A DNA stretch of 64,000 nt from an uncultured Thermoleophilia bacterium (GCA_963829205.1 CAWHHT010000006.1:410471-474470); one strand, 5' to 3'; shown: positions 51,877 through 62,438, counted from the first letter of the stretch. Program-made: numbers and translations. Notes: generated from the sequence alone by a model not told the origin.

Positions 51877-53146
51877 CTAGGGTCGCGGCACGAAGTGCGG
51901 CGTGATCACTTCCGTCAGCCTCGGACGGCTGTCGATCTCCACCACCGCGACCTGGCGCCGCGCTGTGGCGCCGCCATGTGCCAGGCTCACGACTCCGGTC
52001 ACGCCGTGATACCCGCGGGTGGCGGCCAGGGCATCGCGGATGGCCGCCGGGTCGGCCGACTTGGCCGTGAGCGATGGCGTGCGCGATCAGGTTCACGGCG
52101 TCGTAGCCGAGGCCGGCGAACGAGTTCTCGGGGGCGCGGCCGTACGCGGCCTCGTAGCGACGTGCGAAGCGTCGCATGGCCGCCGTGCCGTGCGCCACGC
52201 CGAACGCGGCCTGCGTCGTGAACGAGACGCCGCCGCCGGTCTGCAGCCGCTGCCGAGAACAGCTCGGTGTTGTCGTAGCTGTCGCCGCCCATGATCCGCT
52301 GCACGTAGCCGGCGGCGCGCAGTTCGCGTACGACGATGGCTGCGTCCAGGGGGCCGACCGCCACGTAGAGCAAGTCGGGCCGGACCGGGTCGCGTGTGCC
52401 CGATCACGGGGTCGTCGGCCTCGCCGTCGCCGCCGTAGATGGGCTGCGACGCGAGTGGCGCCAGGACCTTGGCCACGTCGTCCGTGGCGGGGTGAAACCC
52501 CTTGTCGAGGACGACGTGGCCGTGCTGAGCGCGGAAGCTCTCGGAGAAGTAGTGCGTAGCCGCCGCGCGTACTCCATGTCCTCGTCGTAGATGATGGCCG
52601 CCGTGGAGGCGCCGAGCGTCTGGCGCGCGTACTCGGCGCCGGCGGCGGCCTGCACGTTGTCGCCGAACGAGGCCATGAACAGCCAGTCGGGGACCTTGGC
52701 CGGGAGCAGCGGGGACGTCGCGCCGCTCGTGAGGAACGGGATGCGCGCGTGGGCGGCGACGGGGGCGGCCGCCAGCACCTGGTCGGTGTCGCTGAGGCCG
52801 ATGATGGCGCTCGCGCCGGCCCGCACGAGGCTGCGCGCCGCGGCGCGCGCCGTCGCCGGGCTGCTCAGCCCGTCGCGCTCGAGGAGCTCGACGCGCCGTC
52901 CCAGGAGACCGCCGGCGGCGTTGATGCGGTCGACGGCCAGGCGGGCGCCGTCGAGGGAAGGGCGCGTCGAGAGCTCGACTGGGAGCCGGTGAGGTCGAAG
53001 ACGGCGCCGATGCGGATCGGCGGCGGAGACGCGCTCGCCGACGGCGTGGGGCTCGGGGCGGCGCCGCCGCAGGCGGCGGCCACGACGACGATCGAGGTCG
53101 CGACGGTCGCGGCCGCGATCGCTCGGAGAGTCGTGCTCTTGCTCAA
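51877..53146 (-). pseudogene. LivK-type ABC transporter substrate-binding lipoprotein, at least 5 frame changes
   Basis: TTG 53146 after GGAGAGGA. Lipobox VVVAAAC. Fragments in three frames: IRIGAVFDLTGSQ / ARLAVDRINAAGGLLGRRVELL...FLTSGATSP / THYFSESFRAQHGHVV / LLYVAVGPLDAAIVVRELRAAGY / RFARRYEAAYGRAPENSFAGLGYDAVNLIAHAI / KSADPAAIRDALAATRGYHGVTG. Breaks at about 52975, 52555, 52395, 52250 and 52065. Confidence 0.7.
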
Positions 53147-53319
53147 ACGGGTCCTCTCCACGACGACGGAGCCCACCCATGGTAGTGCAGAGAGGACGCG
53201 GGTTCATCCCGAGCACCCGCGCGACTCGAGGGCCGGCCCCTGAGCGTCGAGCCGGAGGCCGCGATCCCGGAGGGCAACGGCGACCCGATCGTGCTCCGCG
53301 ACTAGCATGGAGACGGATC

Positions 53320-54618
53320 ATGGACGGGACCGGGCGGCACCAGAGAGTCGCACGTTCGCGGCGGTCGCGACCTGCCGCGGCGACCACCTCGATGCTTGCG
53401 GCAGTCGCCGGCCTGGCCTCGCTCGCACTGCTGCCGTGGCTCAGCAAGCCCGCGTTCCCTGATGAAAGCGCATCCCTCGTCGCGGCTGGTCTGAGCTGGA
53501 CGGCGCTCTGGAGGCACGCGCACGTGGTCGATCTGGTGCTGGTGCCGTACTACTCGCTGCTGCACCTGTGGACGCAGCAGGCCGGAGGCATCGAGTGGGC
53601 GCGGTGCCTGTCTCTCCTGGCGTTCGGGCTCACCGTGTTTCTCGTCGGGCTGCTCGGGGTGCGGCTGGGCGGACGCTGGTGTGGAGTGCTCGCCGCGACC
53701 CTGGCCGCGACCAATCCCCTGCTCGTCACGGCCGCTCTGAGCGCCCGACCCTACGCGCTGTCGGCACTGGCGGCCACGGCAGCCGTGATCGCGCTCTTCC
53801 GGTGGCTTGGCGGCGGCGGGAGCCGATGGGCGTGGTGGTTCTGTGCAGCGTGCGTCGCGGCCATGCTGCTCCACCTGTTCGCCATCCTGGCGCCGCTGTC
53901 GGTGCTCGCCGCGACGATCGCGCTGAAGCCGGCCATGTTCAGCGGCAGGGCGAGCGCTCTGGTCGCGCCCGTGGGGCTCGTACTGGGCGCGGCACTGGCG
54001 CTTGCCTTCCCGGCGGCCGGCCAGCGCAGCCAGATCGGCTGGATCCCGTCTCCGTTCGAGGGCGTTCAGCTGACGAGAGCGGTGGAAGGGCCAGCGTCCG
54101 GCGGCCGCCCGCTCTACGCCGTGCTCATGCTGGCGCTCGCCTGCGTGACGACCGGAGTGTGCCTGTGGGCGCGGCGCCACGGCGGCCGTGGAGGTCGGCT
54201 CCTCGACCTCCGTCTGCTCGGCATCCTGTGGGCGTGGGCCGCTGTCCCCACCGTGGCTCTGGTGGCGGGCTCTCTTGCGAGGCCGGTGTTCCTCGATCGC
54301 TACGTGACGTCGTCGGTCCCAGGGCTCGCGCTCGCGCTCGCATTGCCCGCCGCCTGCGCGCTGGGCACGATCTCCGTCCGGGGGGAGAACGACCGGTCAC
54401 GCATCATCGTGCAGGGCATCGTCTGGGTATGGCTCGCGGCCGGCCTGTTCCTCGCCTTCGCGATGCCCGCCGCTCGACTGACGTACCGCGAGGCGATCTC
54501 CCGGGGGCCGGTCGACGATGCTCGGGCCGCCATCGGCGCCGCGACAGCCGGGCGCATGCCACACGCCGTCTGGGCGGACCGGAGGGACGGCCGAGAGCGC
54601 GCTCACGCGCAGCAGTAA
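53320..54618 (+). CDS. GT-C fold glycosyltransferase-like membrane protein (ArnT/PMT_2-like)
   Basis: Polytopic membrane ORF with an early loop FPDESASL (DE motif). Family assignment is tentative. Confidence 0.5.
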   Translation: MDGTGRHQRVARSRRSRPAAATTSMLAAVAGLASLALLPWLSKPAFPDESASLVAAGLSWTALWRHAHVVDLVLVPYYSLLHLWTQQAGGIEWARCLSLLAFGLTVFLVGLLGVRLGGRWCGVLAATLAATNPLLVTAALSARPYALSALAATAAVIALFRWLGGGGSRWAWWFCAACVAAMLLHLFAILAPLSVLAATIALKPAMFSGRASALVAPVGLVLGAALALAFPAAGQRSQIGWIPSPFEGVQLTRAVEGPASGGRPLYAVLMLALACVTTGVCLWARRHGGRGGRLLDLRLLGILWAWAAVPTVALVAGSLARPVFLDRYVTSSVPGLALALALPAACALGTISVRGENDRSRIIVQGIVWVWLAAGLFLAFAMPAARLTYREAISRGPVDDARAAIGAATAGRMPHAVWADRRDGRERAHAQQ

Positions 54619-54636
54619 GGGAGAGCGGAGAGGATG

Positions 54637-54714
54637 TGGTGCGCACGGCAGGACTCGAACCTGCGGCCTTCGGTTCCGTAGACCGACGCTCTGATCCAAC
54701 TGAGCTACGTGCGC
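54637..54714 (-). tRNA. tRNA-Arg (anticodon ACG)
   Basis: Reverse complement is GCGCACGTAGCTCAGTTGGATCAGAGCGTCGGTCTACGGAACCGAAGGCCGCAGGTTCGAGTCCTGCCGTGCGCACCA. Confidence 0.9.
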
Positions 54715-54778
54715 AACGGGGAGAAAGTATACCCGAAAACCGCGTCGTCGCGGAACCCGGCGTTCGGTGGAGGGAGAC

Positions 54779-54871
54779 TGGCGGAGAAGCCGGGATTCGA
54801 ACCCGGGAAGGAGTTTGACACCCCTTAACCGCTTAGCAGGCGGTTGCCTTCAGCCACTCGGCCACTTCTCC
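54779..54871 (-). tRNA. tRNA-Ser (anticodon GCT)
   Basis: Reverse complement is GGAGAAGTGGCCGAGTGGCTGAAGGCAACCGCCTGCTAAGCGGT...CCGGGTTCGAATCCCGGCTTCTCCGCCA. Confidence 0.9.
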
Positions 54872-55181
54872 GCGAGGGGCGCCCAGCGGCGCCGCCGGCG
54901 GCGCCCTGGGCGCCGCGGTCACCTAGTGTACCGCAAGAGGCTGGGCGCCGGAACCGCGTGATCCGGGCGCCCGCGGGCGCTCCAGCCGGGCGGCCGCCGG
55001 CCCATCGGCGTCGCCGCAGACCCCCTGTAGGGCCGCTCGACCACGGCCGCCGCGTCGGCTACTATTCCGGCCGAGGCGGCCTCGGCGAGCGGCTCGACCC
55101 CGGCGTGTGAACGGCACCGTGCGGCGCGGACCGCGGCGCGGTGGCTGGCCAGATGCTTTGGGGCGGAAGGACGTGGTGGGG

Positions 55182-56654
55182 ATGGGCAAAGCAGGGGAGA
55201 GGACCAGGACGGCGATCGCCGCCGACCCCGTGGTGAAGGACCGCAGCGCGTTCGATGCCGAACGGCCGCTCGAACGCGAGCTCGAGATGAGCGTCAAGGA
55301 CGGGTTCACGCTGTCCGCCGTCGGGGACTGCATCATCACCCGCCCACTGTCTCCCTACCTCGACGACGAGGGCTTCGCCCGCATCATCGGCGTCCTGCGC
55401 GACGGCGACGTCGTGTACGGCAACCTTGAGACGTCGCTGATCGACATCGACCGGTTCAGCGGCTACCCGCACTCGTGGGAAGGCGACTACCCCCTGATCA
55501 GCCATCCCGCCGTCGCCGAGGACCTCGCTCAGCTCGGCTTCGACATCATGTCGCGCGCCAACAACCACGCGCTCGACTGGGGCATCGAGGGTATGCGAGA
55601 GACCAGCCGCCGCCTCGATGACGCCGGCATCGTGCATGCCGGCGTGGGCGAGCATCAGGGCCTGGCGCGAGCGGCGCGCTACCTCGAGACGCCGCAGGGC
55701 CGGGTGGCACTCGTCTCCTTCACGTCGTACCTCCTGCCCACATCCGAAGCGCTGCCCGCGAAGGACGCGGCTCCGGGCCGCCCCGGCGTGAGCGCCCTCA
55801 AGTTCCACCGCAAATGGGTCGTACCGGCCGCGGTGATGGCGGCGCTCGCCACGATCCCTGCGCCGCCCGAGCCTGAGGCGACGGACCCGGGCGCGGCCGG
55901 ATCCGAGGGCGCGCACGGGAAGGCGAGCATCCCCTCCGCCCTCACGCGCTTCGAGACGCGGTTCGAGCTCGGCGATGCTCCCGGCACCGCCTACGACGTC
56001 GACCAGGAGGACCTCGCCGGCGTCCTCAAGAGCGTCCGTCTGGGCAAACAGCACGCCGATTTCCTTATCGCGGCGCTGCATTCCCATCAGGCGCGCGACG
56101 AGCGCCCCTGGCCCGCGGCTCCGCTGATGCCGCCCGATTGCCTCGCAGACGTGGCCCATGCTGCCGTGGACGCCGGCGCGGACGCGTTCATCACGGTCGG
56201 CGCCCACAATCTCGGGCCGATCGAAGTCTACAAGGATCGGCCCGTCTTCTACGGTATGGGGAACTTCTTCTGGAGCGACCTTCAAGCACCGCTGTCCGCG
56301 GATCTCTACCAGCCCCACCTCGTCGGCGACCTGCTGGCGCGAGCGTTCGAGCATCCGGATCGCGCCACCGATGCGGATCTCACGGCGGTGTTCGAGGCCC
56401 AGGAGTTCGCACAGCCGTGGGTGTTCGAGAGCATCGTGGCCAAGGCCGTCTTCGCGCGCGGGCGGCTGGCCGAGATCGCCATCCACCCGGTGTGGCTTCG
56501 CTACGGCGAGCGATTGACGCGCAGCGGGATCCCCATGGTCGCGCCGCCCGCCCGCGCCCTCGCCATCCTCGAGTGGCTGCGCGCGGCGTCCGCACCCTTC
56601 GGCACGGAGATCGTCGTGGAGGACCACGTCGGTCGCGTGCCGGTGGGGACATGA
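55182..56654 (+). CDS. CapA family (poly-gamma-glutamate biosynthesis-like metallophosphatase) protein
   Basis: AVGDCI...VVYGNLET...SRANNHALDWG...HAGVG. Start is ambiguous (55107 GTG, 55182 ATG, 55287 ATG). Confidence 0.7.
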   Translation: MGKAGERTRTAIAADPVVKDRSAFDAERPLERELEMSVKDGFTLSAVGDCIITRPLSPYLDDEGFARIIGVLRDGDVVYGNLETSLIDIDRFSGYPHSWEGDYPLISHPAVAEDLAQLGFDIMSRANNHALDWGIEGMRETSRRLDDAGIVHAGVGEHQGLARAARYLETPQGRVALVSFTSYLLPTSEALPAKDAAPGRPGVSALKFHRKWVVPAAVMAALATIPAPPEPEATDPGAAGSEGAHGKASIPSALTRFETRFELGDAPGTAYDVDQEDLAGVLKSVRLGKQHADFLIAALHSHQARDERPWPAAPLMPPDCLADVAHAAVDAGADAFITVGAHNLGPIEVYKDRPVFYGMGNFFWSDLQAPLSADLYQPHLVGDLLARAFEHPDRATDADLTAVFEAQEFAQPWVFESIVAKAVFARGRLAEIAIHPVWLRYGERLTRSGIPMVAPPARALAILEWLRAASAPFGTEIVVEDHVGRVPVGT

Positions 56655-56724
56655 GTCGGCGACCAGCCTTCGAGGTGCGCGCCGGCCTCGAGGATGAGGA
56701 CTGTGGACTGAGACTGGAGGGTGT

Positions 56725-58086
56725 GTGGACATCGAGGGGATAGAGCCGGCCGTGGTCGCCGATGTGGAGGCCGAGACCAGCGAGCTGCTCAGCCGGCTCA
56801 TCCAGATCGACACGAGCAACCCGCCCGGCGACGAGACCAGGGTGGCGGAGTTCATGGACGCCTGGTTCCGCGAGGCCGGCCTGCGGGGCGAGATCGTCGG
56901 CGAGCCGGCCGACCGGCGCAGCTTCGTGCTACGCCTCGAGGGCCGGCGCCCCGGGCCGTCGCTGCTGTTCCTGGCGCACGAGGACGTGGTGCCGGCGAAC
57001 GCCGCCGACTGGCAGGTGCCGCCGTTCTCCGGCCTCATCAAGGACGGCTACGTGTGGGGCCGCGGCGCCGTGGACATCAAGAACCTCGTGGCGGCGCACG
57101 CCGTCGCGGTCCGCCGCCTCGCCGCGGCCGGCTCGACGTTCTCCGGCTCGGTCCTCTACGCCTGCACCGCCGACGAGGAGGAGGGCACCGTCGGCGGCGC
57201 CCGCTGGCTCGTCGAACACCGGCCCGACCTGATGCGCTGCGACTACGTGATCAACGAGGGCGGCGGGCACTTCCTGCAGCACGGCGGCCGGCCGGTCTAC
57301 CTCCTCGAGAGCGGCGAGAAGGGCACCGCGCAGTTCCGCGTCGTCGTGCGCGGCGAGGCCGGTCACGCCTCGGTGCCCCTGCGCCGCGGCAACGCGGTCG
57401 TCGGCGCGGCGCGGATCGTGGAGGCGCTCGTCGCGCACGAGCTGCCGCTCGTCATCGACGAGTCGTCTCGTGAGCTCGTCGAGCTCCTCGTCGACGACCC
57501 GGAGCTGCGCGCGCGTCTGCGCGACCCGGAGACGGCGAGAGCCGCCCTCGCCGACCTCGCCGCGCGCGACGGGGGGCTGGCCGACATGATCGAGCCGCTC
57601 TACGGCTTCGCGTTCTCGCCGACGATCGTGCACTCCAACAGCGTCGCCGTGAACGTGTACCCGACGCGCGTTGAGCTCTGCGTGGACTGCCGCATCGTGG
57701 CCGGGCACGGCGAGGACGAGGTAGAGGCCGAGGTCCGCGCCGCGCTCGCCGGGGTAGAAGCCGACTGGGAGCTCGAGTGGATCGGCGTGATCCGCGGCAA
57801 TGCGTCCCCGTACCCGACGCCGCTCTCGGACGCCATCCGCACGGTGCTCGGCCGGCACGTGCCGGGGGCCGAGCTCGCCAACAGCCACTCGGTCGGCTTC
57901 ACCGACTCCAACTGGTTCCGCGCCGCCTATCCCGACACCGTGGCGTACAACTTCGCGCCGCACGTGGAGGAGAGCTACGACGAGGTGACGGGCCGCTACC
58001 ACAACGTCGACGAGCGCATCCGCGTGCGCGACCTGGCATTCCAGGCGCTGTTCGCCGAGCGGCTGGCGCTGGAGCTGCTGCCGTAG
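56725..58086 (+). CDS. M20 family peptidase
   Basis: GGAGGG before GTG 56725. LIQIDTSNPPG, AHEDVVPA, WGRGAVDIKN, ADEEEG. Confidence 0.8.
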   Translation: MDIEGIEPAVVADVEAETSELLSRLIQIDTSNPPGDETRVAEFMDAWFREAGLRGEIVGEPADRRSFVLRLEGRRPGPSLLFLAHEDVVPANAADWQVPPFSGLIKDGYVWGRGAVDIKNLVAAHAVAVRRLAAAGSTFSGSVLYACTADEEEGTVGGARWLVEHRPDLMRCDYVINEGGGHFLQHGGRPVYLLESGEKGTAQFRVVVRGEAGHASVPLRRGNAVVGAARIVEALVAHELPLVIDESSRELVELLVDDPELRARLRDPETARAALADLAARDGGLADMIEPLYGFAFSPTIVHSNSVAVNVYPTRVELCVDCRIVAGHGEDEVEAEVRAALAGVEADWELEWIGVIRGNASPYPTPLSDAIRTVLGRHVPGAELANSHSVGFTDSNWFRAAYPDTVAYNFAPHVEESYDEVTGRYHNVDERIRVRDLAFQALFAERLALELLP

Positions 58087-58112
58087 GGCGTCGCGGGGCG
58101 GGGCTCTCTAGA

Positions 58113-58721
58113 TCAGGCCGGCTTCACCGGATGGCGGATGACCGTCTTGAGGCGCTCCGGCGCCGTCCTCCTGGGGTCGCCGAGGTAGATCTCGTGGTGG
58201 CGCCCGCGCAGCTCGTACCCCTGGTCGGCCACGAAGTCGTGGAGGCGCGCGATGGTGGGCGCCTCCTCGGCGTAGGGGCCGATGTGCATGAGCTGGGCCG
58301 CCTGGCCCTCGACGAAACGCTCGAGCCGGAGGAGACCTGCCGCCGGAAGCGGCCGCCGCCGCGCCGCCGCGTCCGCGGCGGCGGCGACCTCGGCGGCCGT
58401 CACGGCGTCCGGCACGGCGATCATCATCGTCCAGTTCCATGCGTCGCGATCGGTCTGGAGCTCGTCGAGCGACGGCGGATCGCCGTCGGTCCACCAGAGG
58501 CCCTCAAGCGGCGCGACCTTGAAGTCGCGCTCTGGCTGGGCCTTCTTGAGCGTGAACTTGAGCGTGTAGGCGACGCCGTACAGCGCCTGCAGGGCGGCCT
58601 CGTACTGCTCAGAGGAATTCGGATCGCCGCGGCCGTCGAGCATCAGGAAGGCGATCTCCGGCACGTCGACGATCGCCGGCGCCTTGGCCGACGGCGAGTA
58701 CAGCGGCTTGAGCTCTCTCAC
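58113..58721 (-). CDS. GyrI-like small-molecule-binding domain protein
   Basis: 202 aa. FLMLDGRGDP...LEGLWW...HIGPY...HHEIYLGDPRR pattern. Confidence 0.65.
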   Translation of the reverse strand: MRELKPLYSPSAKAPAIVDVPEIAFLMLDGRGDPNSSEQYEAALQALYGVAYTLKFTLKKAQPERDFKVAPLEGLWWTDGDPPSLDELQTDRDAWNWTMMIAVPDAVTAAEVAAAADAAARRRPLPAAGLLRLERFVEGQAAQLMHIGPYAEEAPTIARLHDFVADQGYELRGRHHEIYLGDPRRTAPERLKTVIRHPVKPA

Positions 58722-58758
58722 GAGGTCGATGGGGCTGATCGCGTGCGTCCTCCCGCCG

Positions 58759-59223
58759 TCAGACGACCGGCCAGTCGATCTCGGTCAGCAGGGCGTGCTC
58801 CGGGACCGTGCTCGGGTCGTTGAGGTAGATCTCACGCGGGGGGCCGCCGGGGCTCACGCCTTCGACGGTCATCGCCGCCGTCAGCGCTTCGTAGGCCGGC
58901 GAGATCTCGTGGTAGGGACCGACGTGCGTCGTGCAGGCCACCCGGGCGGCCGGGATCTGCTCGAGCGTCACGCGGCCGGCGCCTGCCGCGCCGGCCGCCA
59001 CCGGCATGCAGACGACGATGTCGCCCTCGGTGGTCTCGTCGAAGCGCTCCGGATACAGGACGAACGGCGGGCCGGCGTAGGTCGCGCCCGCCGCCTGCCC
59101 GCAGGCCATGATCTCGCCGAACGCCGCCCCGAGCCGCTCCGCGACGGTGCCCAGCGACACACGTTCGTGCACCGCCAGCACGTGCTGCTCCGGCACATCC
59201 TTGAACTTGACGTCGTAGGTCAT
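58759..59223 (-). CDS. GyrI-like domain protein
   Basis: GGAGGACGGAGG before ATG 59223. HVGPYHEISPAYEAL...REIYLNDP. Confidence 0.65.
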   Translation of the reverse strand: MTYDVKFKDVPEQHVLAVHERVSLGTVAERLGAAFGEIMACGQAAGATYAGPPFVLYPERFDETTEGDIVVCMPVAAGAAGAGRVTLEQIPAARVACTTHVGPYHEISPAYEALTAAMTVEGVSPGGPPREIYLNDPSTVPEHALLTEIDWPVV

Positions 59224-59408
59224 ACCTCCGTCCTCCTGGCCGAATGCGCGCGTCGCGGCCACCCTAGCAGAGCCGGCCCTCGTTACGCGCCGTTAGCGGC
59301 GATTAAGGCTTTCGGCATGAACTGTGCCGGTCGTCGTCCAGAGGGAACACAGGGGGGCATGGGTGGCGAGACCGCGTCACCCGCATCTCCTATTGTTGGA
59401 GGACCGAC

Positions 59409-60470
59409 ATGAGACTCGAAAGGCTGATCCGTTCGAAGCTCGCGCTTGCGCTCGTTGCCGTAGTGGCCTTGGCCGTACTCGCGGCGCCCGCCTTGGCGGC
59501 GCCGCACGGCGCGTTCAACCACAACGGCGACCGCCTGATCGCCGACCAGTTCAACAATCGCGTCATCGAAGTGACCAAGGCCGGCGCCATCGTCTGGCAC
59601 TTCGGCACCGGATCGTCCATAGCCGGGCCGCATACCGTGGTCGCCCCAAACGACGCCGAGCGCGTCCCCGGCGGGCTCACGCTCATCGCCGGCACCGGGG
59701 CGCCGGCCGGGACGGCCGGGTACCCGGCGGCCGGAGCACCGGACAACCGGGTCATGCTCGTCAACCAGGCGGGCAAGATCGTCTGGCAGTACGGCAAGGC
59801 CGGCGTCGCCGGCTCGGGACGCAACCGGCTGAACGCGCCGGTGCAGGCGACCTACCTCGCCAACGGCGACATCCTCATCACCGATCAGGGCAACGCGCGC
59901 GTCATCCTCGTGGACCGCGACCACAAGATCCTGTGGCAGTACGGGATGACCGGGAAGACCGGCAGCGGGCGCAACCAGCTCAACAACCCCAACAGCGCCC
60001 AGATGCTCGCCAACGGCAACGTGCTCATCGCCGACGAGGGCAACAACCGGGTACTCGTCGTGAACAAGGCGAAGCACGTGGTCTGGACCTACGGCAAGGT
60101 GAGCGGCGGCCCGCTCAACGCTCCGGCGTTCGCCAGCCGCCTGAGCAACGGCGACACGCTCATCGCCGACGGCGGCAACAACCGCGTCGTCGAGGTCAGC
60201 ATGGCGAAGCACGTTGTGTGGAGCTACAAGACGAACAAGGGCGCCGGCAGCGTCGCGAACCCGGCACCGTCGCAGGCGGTGCGCCTGCGCAACGGCGACA
60301 CGCTGATCAGCGACCAGTTCAACGATCGCGTCATCGAGGTCAACAAGGCCAAGCAGATCGTCTGGACCTACGGGCACATCGGCGTCGCCGGCAATGGCGC
60401 GGGGCAGCTGAACGCTCCGTATGGCGCCAAGGTCATCGGCGACTACACCGGGCTCACGCCGGTGAAGTGA
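59409..60470 (+). CDS. Secreted beta-propeller repeat protein (NHL-like, 6 repeats)
   Basis: Signal peptide ALALVAVVALAVLAAPALA. Repeated units ...GDxLIADxxNNRVIEVxKAxxIVWxYG. Confidence 0.7.
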   Translation: MRLERLIRSKLALALVAVVALAVLAAPALAAPHGAFNHNGDRLIADQFNNRVIEVTKAGAIVWHFGTGSSIAGPHTVVAPNDAERVPGGLTLIAGTGAPAGTAGYPAAGAPDNRVMLVNQAGKIVWQYGKAGVAGSGRNRLNAPVQATYLANGDILITDQGNARVILVDRDHKILWQYGMTGKTGSGRNQLNNPNSAQMLANGNVLIADEGNNRVLVVNKAKHVVWTYGKVSGGPLNAPAFASRLSNGDTLIADGGNNRVVEVSMAKHVVWSYKTNKGAGSVANPAPSQAVRLRNGDTLISDQFNDRVIEVNKAKQIVWTYGHIGVAGNGAGQLNAPYGAKVIGDYTGLTPVK

Positions 60471-60524
60471 CCTGCCGCAGCGGCCGCCGCTCGCCGCAAG
60501 CGGGCGGCCGGTGAATCGAAACGT

Positions 60525-60555
60525 GGCCGGCGGGCACGGAAGGTGCCCGCCGGCC
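60525..60555. terminator. Bidirectional hairpin between convergent genes
   Basis: GGCCGGCGGGCAC ggaag GTGCCCGCCGGCC, a 13-bp perfect stem. Confidence 0.55.
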
Positions 60556-60590
60556 CCGGCCGTTCCAAGCCGGGGCAGAAGCGACGAGGC

Positions 60591-61856
60591 TCAGCCGCCG
60601 CCTCCACCGTGGATGCTGCCGCTCTCGCCGCTGTGGCAGACCCGGCAGTTCTTGATGAAGGTCGCCTTGCCCTGCAGGTAGATGGGCTCCGCGTTGTCGA
60701 CCGACTTGGTCGAGGCCCACTCGGCGTGCGGGCTGTTGTGGCACGCCTCGCACATGATCTTCTTGCCGTTCATGTCCTCAGGTCCGTTGGCAAGGTACGA
60801 GTTGCGGTAGAGCTGGCCCGGGTTCTCGGCGAACTTGGCGCCGTGGCAACCGCCGCACGTGGGTTCCTGAAGCCAGGCTTGCCTTCCAGCCGCCTGCGTG
60901 TCGGCCACGGTCTGCATGCTGCCGTGGCACCTGGCGTCGGTGCAGGTGAAGCCGAGCGCCGCCATGCGTCCGCGGAGGCACTTGGTCTGCGCACCGGGAT
61001 GGCAGGCGTAGCAGGCGGGGTTGACGGTCGTCATGGTCATCTTGTCCGCGTGGAAGCCGTGTATCGCCTGCGAGAGCGGTTCGACGCCGGGCACGCCCGG
61101 CCTGCCGAGCGCGTTGTCGGCGTGGCACTCGCTGCAGGCGTGCCGGACGCCGGCTTGCAGGTCGGCGTAGAGGTGCGTGCCGTTGCCGGCATCGTGTGCT
61201 TGCAGGATGCTCGCCGCCGTGTTCTGCGGACCGTGGCAGAAGTCGCAGCGCATCTCGTCCGAGACGGGGATGACGACCTTGGGCTGCGTCGCGATCACCT
61301 TGCCGGTCTTCCTGCTGCGCACTGTGATCTTGACCGTCTGCAGAGGGTTGAACACGAGCTGGTCGCTGTACGGCGTCACCGGGATCGCGGTCGCGATCCA
61401 CCAGCGGTCCTTGCTCGACCACTTCATGGTGCCGCTGAGCTTGTTGCCGGTGATGCCGACGTTCGCCTTGAGGCCGGGGAAGCCGTAGCTGGCAGCGTAC
61501 CTCCAGAAGTCGGTCTTGCCGGCCGAGTACGTGTTGCCGATCACCGAGTACTGGATCTTGATGCCGCTGGTCACGAGGCTCGCGCCCTCGGCGCCGCGCC
61601 GGAAGACCTGGACCTTCATGTTGTTGGCCGGCGGCAGGATCATGAAGCCGGCGTAGCTTTTCTGGAAGCAGTGCATGCCCAGGTCGTTGACCGCGAAGAC
61701 CGCGTACTTGGCCTTCGAGCTCGAGATCGGCAGGTGGCGGCCAGCCGCGTCAGCGGGTGTGGCTACAAGAAGCATCAAGAGGAGAGCCATGATGCTCAGA
61801 CCGAGCGCGCCGCGTCCGTACAGCTTGTCATTCCCACGAAGTGGTCGTGCCTCCAT
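60591..61856 (-). CDS. Multiheme cytochrome c (six CxxCH plus one CxxxxCH) with an N-terminal non-heme domain
   Basis: CDFCH, CSECH, CYACH, CTDARCH, CGGCH, CEACH, CRVCH. TM or signal segment MALLLMLLVATPADA. Start ambiguous (61856 or 61787). Confidence 0.75.
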   Translation of the reverse strand: MEARPLRGNDKLYGRGALGLSIMALLLMLLVATPADAAGRHLPISSSKAKYAVFAVNDLGMHCFQKSYAGFMILPPANNMKVQVFRRGAEGASLVTSGIKIQYSVIGNTYSAGKTDFWRYAASYGFPGLKANVGITGNKLSGTMKWSSKDRWWIATAIPVTPYSDQLVFNPLQTVKITVRSRKTGKVIATQPKVVIPVSDEMRCDFCHGPQNTAASILQAHDAGNGTHLYADLQAGVRHACSECHADNALGRPGVPGVEPLSQAIHGFHADKMTMTTVNPACYACHPGAQTKCLRGRMAALGFTCTDARCHGSMQTVADTQAAGRQAWLQEPTCGGCHGAKFAENPGQLYRNSYLANGPEDMNGKKIMCEACHNSPHAEWASTKSVDNAEPIYLQGKATFIKNCRVCHSGESGSIHGGGGG

Positions 61857-62006
61857 GCCCTTCACCCCCCGATCCCGCCGCGCCACCGCGGCGTTTCGTG
61901 CCCGCTCCATCGGGCAGCCTACCCGGACCGCCGGCAAGTGATCGTGCGAAGCCGTTGGCTGGGCGACCGGCGGCGGAGCGGCGGCTTCGCGGGCCGGTCC
62001 CGAGGT

Positions 62007-62438
62007 TCAGAAGGGACGGGCGGCGAGGACGGCGGCGGCGCTCGCGGCCATGAAGGCGACCTGGACCGCGATGCCCCACGCGCGGCCGCAGCCGCCGTGC
62101 GGGAAGCGCTTCCAGTGGCTGGGGAACCAGTGCGCGTCGGGCTTGCCCCGGAGCCCGGCGAAGAGGACGTCCAGATCCGGTGCGCCGCTCACCGGGCCCA
62201 TGAAGGCAAGCCAGAACGGCATCCCGAGCACCAGCCAGGCGACGAGCCAGACGGCGAGCCCCGCGAGGCAGTCGCACAGACCGTAGGCGACAGCGTGGCG
62301 CGCCTTGGTGTAGTCCGATGCGGGATGAGGTCCATCACCACATGGGCGAGGATCACGGCAACGAGCACGAGCCACCCACGGGCCGCCGAGTGCGGCGGCG
62401 ATGGCGAGGCCGGCGAGGACGTGCGTCGTGACCCACAT
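62007..62438 (-). pseudogene. Small integral membrane protein, apparently with two compensating frame changes (about 62365 and 62305)
   Basis: The ORF reads hydrophobic except for ARARCRDPRPCGDGPHPAS. The alternative frame over that stretch reads LVLVAVILAHVVMDLIPH, which fits a TM helix. Confidence 0.4.
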
